The notes under the pieces were generated by a model. That model saw nothing but the letters and a program-made list of their open reading frames with translations. It was not told the DNA's origin and made no database searches. DNA of 64,000 bases from the human T2T-CHM13v2.0 reference genome, Homo sapiens, in NCBI GenBank assembly GCA_009914755.4, contig CP068257.2, positions 6,976,001-7,040,000 of the forward strand. Direction: 5' to 3'. Made by a program: the position numbers and the translations under genes. The stretch's first letter is position 1. Every line of letters begins with the position of its first letter. Shown here piece after piece: positions 50,501 through 64,000 of this stretch.

Positions 50501-51424
50501 AGAAAGTAAAAAGAAATCAAGAAAATATTATTAAAAAGTCACAGAAGGAAAAAAAAGAATCCAGAAAATAAGAAAAAGCTTCAGAGAACCAGGCAGGGTA
50601 CTTACTGAAAGAGAAAACCTAACTGGGTAGGTAGTAAGTAGAGAAATGAACTAGAAATATCCTTTTAATATATGCTAAATATAGTTAACATAACATGGAC
50701 TATATTTAGATATTCTCCAAGCACAGTAAGATAATATTTTTCTAGGACTGGCCTGGTCTTGCTTATGAAAAACTTAGGGTCCTGTGGCCACAGATAACTG
50801 ATAACTGCCTTTAAAACTTTGATGATTAAAAAAGAAGTAATATGGTTACCACTGCCATTTCAAAATATTTGGACAAACTTTTGGAGTAGCCAGGCTTCTA
50901 AATAACACTCTAAAGACAGTTAATATATAACAAAATGTGACTTTCTGAATTGATCCGATGTAAATCAGTACCGTGATCCCATTGCTGCATAGGCCTCTAT
51001 CCATCTATGCTTAGGGGCAAATGAAGTGATTTGAGAGCCAGGCAGGATGATGGTCTAATCTTGGGTTGGCTACCTGTTAACTGTGGAATCATGAGCCAAT
51101 ATTTCAACCTCTTTAAAGCAGAGTTGTCTATTATTAGTGAAAAAGCAATAATAGCACAAATAGTTTGTAAAGCTGTGTGAAGATGACATGACATGATAAA
51201 TGTTAAGCATGTAATATGGTGTCTAGCACAGAGTAGAACACTAAACAGATACTAGTTTCTATTCTCTCTATTCACTTAGTTAACATATCACTTTAAAAAA
51301 TCTGTGAAATCATACCTGTCAAAACACTCTTCAACAGGAGGAAGCACTATGAAAGAAAAAGTAAAATGCATTTTAAATCAACAATAGAAAACTACAGAGT
51401 ACTAAAAACATAAAAGAACACAGT

Positions 51425-51545
51425 GTCTTGTTCCTATAATTCCAGCTACTCAGAAGGCTGAGGCAGAAGTATAACTTGAGAAGCCCAGGAGTTTGAGACC
51501 AGCCTGGGCAAAATAGCAAGACTCTATCCTTATAAAAATAATAAT
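51425..51545 (+). mobile_element. FLAM/free Alu monomer
   Basis: ttcctataattccagctactcagaaggctgaggcagaagtataacttgagaagcccaggagtttgagaccagcctgggcaaaatagcaagactctatcc. Confidence 0.7.
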
Positions 51546-51556
51546 AATAATCAACA

Positions 51557-57810
<6,254 letters not shown>

Positions 57811-59129
57811 AGCATGTCTTTCATACAAGACATCAGAAGGGTTTAAACCATTATACTAGAAATATTCATCATGCTCTTTGACTTGCCTGACAATTGAGCA
57901 GGTGCACAATGACAATAACACTTTAGATGAATGTACACTTCAAAGCTCCTCAGTGGAAGTGTCCTGAATTGGTCAGCTTGGATATCTGTTTGGTGAATCC
58001 TATTATATGGTATTCATTATTTTTCATACCCATGTGGTATAATAATGAGCCTACACTTTTGTATTTTCTGGTTTAACCTTCAGAAAGTTTTGTCAGTCAC
58101 TCATGGGAACAAGGTATAATATACAAACCTAATCAAAATGTATAAAAAATTATCAAATTTGATATACTTACACGCAATAAAGTTGCTACAAGCATTAGAT
58201 ATGAATAAGGTTGTTCATTTGGAAATCACTCCAATATTCATTAAAAATAAATATTTTAGGAGTCAATTAAAGAATTTAACATTATTTTTGTTTCTAAAAT
58301 AAGTCTGGTTTGAAGGATCATGTTATTCTCTAAAGTATTTTCATTAAATTGCTATTTTATCCAAAAGTTAGCTCTCTGAACAACAAAGCCAGTGTATGCA
58401 TATTTACATTTATCTCATTTGACTAACTGATAACAAAACATATATCTCTGACGCCCAATAATAACAAAGAGGGGTAACAGGTGACTGTGGTTTATCACAA
58501 TTCTGGCACTCTATCCTCATTCCAGTAGTTCCTGGAGCAGCCAAAATCAAATCTTCCTTTATGCAAACATTCTAAATGCATCTGATGTGAGTTCCCTCAG
58601 GTTTCCTCAGTACAAACCCTAAAATTAAATAAATAACTTATTTTCCCTTCTTCCTGCCTCACAATCCCTCTTCCCTGAGGAAAATGATTACTACATCAGC
58701 AGTCTCATTACTTCTCCTTCTATAGTGTTTATGGCTTATTACGATCACTTCCTCCCTCTGGTTTTAGCAATGTGATCTGGCGCCTATAATTTCTAGTACT
58801 TCATCTTGTTCTCCTTCCCCTCTTGATGGAAACATGCTGTAGAATTAAAGCACAATTATGTTGTCCCCTCAGCCTGTTATGTCTTGAACTGCTCTCCAGT
58901 GGTTCTTCTTCCCAATTTCAATGTAGAGAAGTCTATAATCTTACTACTCAGATCATGGCCAAAAATCAGCAGAATCACCATCACTCCAGAACTTATTACA
59001 AATGCAGAATCTCAGGCCCGCTGAATCAGAAAGAGCAGCTTCAATGAGCCCCCTGCTGATTTATTCGGGGAAGGGAAGTTCTCCTCTATCTTGAGAGAAC
59101 ATGACATTAAATGTGTATTGCAAAATTAC

Positions 59130-59202
59130 CTGTCCCAGATTTTTGTTCATCTTTTATTTCTGTGGCTATGTTCAAAACAGAATCTTTCTTGTCACTTGTA
59201 TC
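59130..59202 (-). CDS. 73-nt repeated exon, unit B1: [24 protein letters not shown]
   Basis: cattcag|GATACAAGTGACAAGAAAG...TCTGGGACAG|gtaatt on the minus strand. Confidence 0.5.
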
Positions 59203-59296
59203 CTGAATGGGATTTCAAACAAAATAATCAATACATACAGTATATTTCATAGACTATACAGTTAATAATTCAAAATATGAATGAGGAGTGTAATAC

Positions 59297-59325
59297 CTTC
59301 AAGGCCGGTTGTTTCTGAGAAGACA
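59297..59325 (-). CDS. 29-nt repeated micro-exon, unit B1: (x)SSQKQPALK
   Basis: ttttggttttcag|TGTCTTCTCAGAAACAACCGGCCTTGAAG|gtatta on the minus strand. Confidence 0.45.
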
Positions 59326-60989
59326 CTGAAAACCAAAAGGGATACATAATCACTCGTATGTAAATATGATAAAGTTATCCATACTTTCATGCAGTGTTAG
59401 CATCAAGCTGTATCCTCCTGCCTGAATTAGCGTAGGCTTTGATGTTTTCTACTTTGTGTATTGGGACAGGAACATGACAGAATTACACTGTAGAAAACAG
59501 AAGTATAGTCTTCACGGAACAAAGACTTCCAATTTCATATGTGATGTTATTCTTCATGTGTCTATTACTACAACAAAACAGTGTCTATATCAATGTGGAT
59601 ATGCCAAGTGATGAGGACAAATGTGATCTAAAATCAGAGCAGCAACTCATACGCTTGGGAATCAATGTCAAAGCAGGTGATTAATGCTCCTGCATGTTTT
59701 TCATGTAAGACATCAGAGGGATTTATACCATTATACTACAAATATTTATCACGCTCTTAAACTTGACTGACAATTGAGCAGGTACACAATGACAATGGCA
59801 CTTTAGCTGAATGTACACTTCTCAAGTGTTCTGTGGAAGTGTCCCTAATTGATCACCTTAAATATATGTTTGGTGAATCCCAGCATATTATATTCCTTAT
59901 TTCTCACACCACTGTGGTGTCATAATGTGCCTGCATTTCTTGTATCCTCTAGTTTAGCCTTCAGAAAGTTTCTTCATCCACTCATGGCAAGAAGGTATAA
60001 TATATAAACCTCATCAAAAAGTATAATAAACCATCACATTTGGCATACTGATACAAAATAAAGTTACTAAAAGCATTAGATATGAATAAGCTTTTCCATT
60101 TGGAAATTGCTCTGATATTCATTGAAAATAACCACTTTAGGAGTCAATTAATGAATTCAACATTATTTTGTTTCTAAAATAGTCTGGTTTGAAGGATCGT
60201 GTTATTCTCTAAAGTATTTTCATTAAATTTCTATTTTATCCAAAAGTTAGTTCCTTGAAAAACAAAGCCAATGTATGCATATTCATGATTATCCTATTTG
60301 AATAGCTAATACCAACAAAACATATATCTCTGAGGCCCAATAGTAACAAAGAGGGGTAATGAGTCACTGTGGGTCATCACAATTCTAGCACTCTATCCTG
60401 CTTCCAGTAGTTCCTGGAGCAGCCAAAATTTAATCCCCTTTTATGCAAATATTCCAAATGCATCTGAAGTGAGTCCCATCAGGTTTCTGCAGCAGAAACC
60501 CCAAAATTACATAAATAACATCTTCTTTTCCCTCCTTCTTGCCTCTCAATCCTTCTTCCTTGAGTAAAATAATTACCACATCAGACGTCTCCTTAGTTCT
60601 GTTTCTACATTGTTTATGGGTTATTCCAATCACTTCTTCCATGTGGTTTTAACAATATGATCTGAAGCCTATAATTTTTATTACTTAATCTCGTTCTCCT
60701 TCCCTTTACGATGGAAACATGCTGTAGAATTAAAGCAAGAATATGCTGTCCCTTAGCCTGTTATATCTTGCACTGCTCTCCAATCGTTCTTGCCAATTTC
60801 ACTGTGGGGAAGAATATAATCTTACTACTCAGATCATGGCCAGGGACCAGCAGCATCAGCGTCACCGGAGAACTTATTACAAAAGCAGGATCTCAGGCCT
60901 GCTGAATCAGAATGTGCAGATTCAATGAGCCCCCTGCGATTTATTCAGGGAAGAGAAGTTCTCTTCTACCCTAAGTGAACATGACATTA

Positions 60990-61082
<93 letters not shown>

Positions 61083-61176
61083 CTAAATGGGATTTGAAAC
61101 AAAATAATCAATACATAAAGTATATTTCACAGACTATATAGTTAATAGTTCAAAACAGAAATGAATGTGTAATTAC

Positions 61177-61205
61177 CTTCAAGGCTGCTTGTTTCTGAGA
61201 AGACA
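61177..61205 (-). CDS. 29-nt repeated micro-exon, unit B2: (x)SSQKQAALK
   Basis: cttttgcttttcag|TGTCTTCTCAGAAACAAGCAGCCTTGAAG|gtaatt on the minus strand. Confidence 0.45.
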
Positions 61206-64000
61206 CTGAAAAGCAAAAGGGATACATAATCAGTCGTATGTAAATATGATAAAATTATCCATACATTCATGCACTGTTACCATCAAGCTGTATCCTCCTG
61301 CCCCTATTAGTTTAGGTTTTTATGTTTTATACTTTGTGTCTTGGGACTGGAATATGACAGAAACACACTGAAGAAAACACCAATACAGGCTTCATGAAAT
61401 ATACACTTACAATTTCAAACGCGATATGATTTGTCATATGTCTAAAACTAAAATGAAACAGTGTCAGTATCAATGTGGATATGCGGAGGGATAAAAACAA
61501 ATGGGGTCTAAAAACAGAGGAGCAACTCATGCACCTGGGAATCAATGTCAAAGCAGGTGGTACGTGCTCTCACATGTCTTTAGTGCAAGGGATGAGAAGT
61601 AAATACACTATTATACTACAACCATTCATCATGCTCTTTAACTTGCCCAATAACTGAGAAGGTACACAATTACGATGACGCTTCAGCTGAATGTACACTT
61701 CACATCTCCTCAGTGGAACTGTCCTAAATTGATCAGCTTGGATATATGTTTGGTGAATCCTAGTAGACAGTATTCATTATTTCTCAGACTCATGTGGTGT
61801 AATTATTGCCCAAGTTTCTTGTGTTCTCTAGTTCAGCCTTCTGAAAGTTTTTTCATCCACTCACGGCAATAAGGTATAATATGTAAACCTCAATAAAAAG
61901 TATCATCACTTATCAATATTGACATATTTCTACAAAATAAAACTGCTACAAGCATTAGATATTAATAAGCTTTCACATTTGGGAATGACTCCAATATTCA
62001 TTGAAGATAACCATTTTATGAATCAATTAATGAATTCAACATTATTCTTGTTTCTAAAATAGTCTGGTTTGAAGTAACATGTTATTCTCTGAGGAATTTT
62101 CATTAAATTGCTATTGTATCCAAAAGTTAGCTCCTTGGAAAACAAAGCCAATGTATGCACATTCATGCTTATTTCATTTGAATGACTGATATCAACAAAA
62201 TCTATGTCTCTGATTCCCAATAGTAACAAAGAGAAGTAACGAGTCATTGTGGTTTATCTGAATTCTAGTAACTCTTTCCTTCTTCCAGTAGTTTCTGGAG
62301 CAGCCAAAATCAAATCATCTTTTATGCAAATATTCTAAATGCATCTGAAGTGAGTTCAGTTATACTTAGAGTCATAATTTAAAAAATCATTTTCTTTGTA
62401 CTCATGAAGGCTCCTAATATTCCTACATTTCCCGTATTCAGCAGTTCAGCTCTTTTGCCATCTTTTTCCACTTTTGCAAAAACATACATGTCAAAGAAAT
62501 CATGCATAATCAGATTCCCATGTAAATAAGGTAAACAAAATCTCTAAATCACAAGACTTCTTTTCTTATTAATAACCAACCAAATATATACATATACATA
62601 TGTACTATATCTATATATAGATATGTCATGATTGCCAAGAATATTGGTAGTTTTTTTTTAGTACTCAAGATATACATTCTTTTACTACTTTGTTTCTAAA
62701 GCTAGTTTGAAATAATATACCATAGGGGTCTCTCAGGTATGAAATTACTACTTCAGCAAGCACAGCTTTCCTAAAGAAAAAACTTTTTCTAGATTAAGCT
62801 GCATCCCAATATGCTAACTGACGTGAATGAAGCACATATCATTGATGTGCAAAACTTCTAGGGAGAAGAAGTGAAACCCTGGGGGTCACCCTCATCCTTC
62901 TAACTTCCGCTTTCCATTAAGTGACTCCCCACAAGTCTCCTCATCAGAAGACTCCAAATTACCTAGCTAGCTGCTTTCTTTGTTCTACCCAGTTTGACAT
63001 ACACTCTTTTTCATTCATAAATCTAATATCCATATTGGTGGACTTCATTCGTTGCCCTCCACTTTCATTTCTTCATTATTCTCACCACTACTGTATTCTG
63101 ACATCTGTACAATCCCATTCTGACACATGTGAAGATAAGGTTTTGCTTTATTAAAATGTTAAATGTATCAGACACTTGACTAACGTGTACAAATTCCTTC
63201 TTCACAAAAGCAGCGCCATGGCCTTCTCTCTCCCATAGACACTTTCACAGCTGTTCTTCACTCACATCGGTTTGAGTATCATCTCTCATTTTGGCTCTAT
63301 ACTTTCACCTCATATCATGAGTTATTATCATAGGCTCAGCAGCCTATCTTACCTATTTTCCTCTCCAGGAGACAGTACTGAGTAGTAAATTAGAATCTTC
63401 CAGGATATGAACACTTTCACGTACAAAAGACTTTGTGGAGCTATTTTATGTCTAACTACGCATAAAACCACTATGTCTATGCCTTCCAGAGAAACGGGCT
63501 CTGAAATGTTATTGAACATAACCTATTTAAAAACTTCTTTAACTACAACGACACTGCCTCTCCTCAATGAACCAACATCTTCAGAAATAACTTGTGAAGA
63601 CTTGAAAACATGTCAGTAATTGACATGAAAAATGAAGAATGATGTAATTTTTTGCATGTATAAATAAGTTACGCTGAGATCCTTACTAGATCCAAGAAGA
63701 GCAGAGTGCTATGAGACAGGAAATAAATGTGGAACAGAAATATTTTCGTTTGTAATGAAAATTATTCTATTTACAGTTTTCAGAAGAGAAAAAAATACAC
63801 ACAGATACACACACACACACACATTCACACACAAAAACCAGAGCAATATGGCTTTACAGGGTGTTTTTTCTTCAAGGGCCTATTTGTCATTTGACATCCG
63901 GGAACACTCTGTGGGGATCAACAAAGGGGTTCTAAATTGTGACCTGAGTAGTTTAGAGTTTAACATTCATGAGGGGGAGCCAAGAGAACAAGTAACACTT

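Overview
This window is primate, almost certainly human, nuclear DNA: it is dense in Alu and L1 elements, and there are no prokaryotic-type systems (no CRISPR, operons, tRNA or rRNA). It reads like a pericentromeric or segmental-duplication mosaic. Three things stand out.

1. Plus strand, 12.38-12.78 kb: two spliced coding exons that translate to the KMT2C (MLL3) PHD-finger region, ...SSDKFTLNQ / DMCVVCGSFGQGAEGRLLACSQCGQCYHPYC..., with intact AG/GT splice sites.

2. Minus strand, about 15-64 kb: the body of an ANKRD30A/ANKRD30B/ANKRD20A-family (ANKRD26-like) coiled-coil gene. Its C-terminal exons sit at 24.4, 23.8, 21.3 and 19.7-18.8 kb, with coherent splice phases and clear protein-level similarity to ANKRD30A (EIKSQLE...ELCS[VL]R; LHEN...; [13 protein letters not shown]...YEKEKAE). 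It carries at least two frame disruptions: a 1-nt indel in an A7-tga-A5 homopolymer in the 23.8-kb exon, and a frameshift near 19.25 kb in the large exon. It is therefore most likely a pseudogene copy.

3. Upstream in that gene, two tandem arrays (about 26.15-42.18 kb and 57.8 kb to beyond 64 kb) consist of diverged 1.9-kb and 3.4-kb units. Each unit carries a phase-compatible pair of exons, 29 nt then 73 nt, with conserved splice sites; this pair corresponds to the internally repetitive S-x-x-K-Q / ATS...TEI segment of ANKRD30-type proteins. The two arrays are paralogous at roughly 30.5-kb offset with about 85-88% identity.

Other content:
- An L1 with a 3' transduction and a 9-bp target-site duplication, inserted into one copy of the 73-nt exon.
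- A twin-primed (5'-inverted) L1.
- An Alu-mediated tandem duplication of about 5.4 kb (46.1-57.8 kb, copies about 92% identical, one copy carrying a 614-bp indel with 6-bp junction homology).
- A young AluY with a 15-bp target-site duplication, present in only one array unit.
- An old L1M fragment broken up by three Alus.
- Many Alu-derived and L1-derived ORFs in the six-frame track, which are not host genes.

The KMT2C-derived exons lie opposite-strand to, and within 3-11 kb of, the ANKRD30-like exons. That arrangement fits the known juxtacentromeric reshuffling of KMT2C fragments (BAGE-associated duplicons on 13, 18 and 21) better than the authentic 7q36 KMT2C locus. It cannot be proven from sequence alone.
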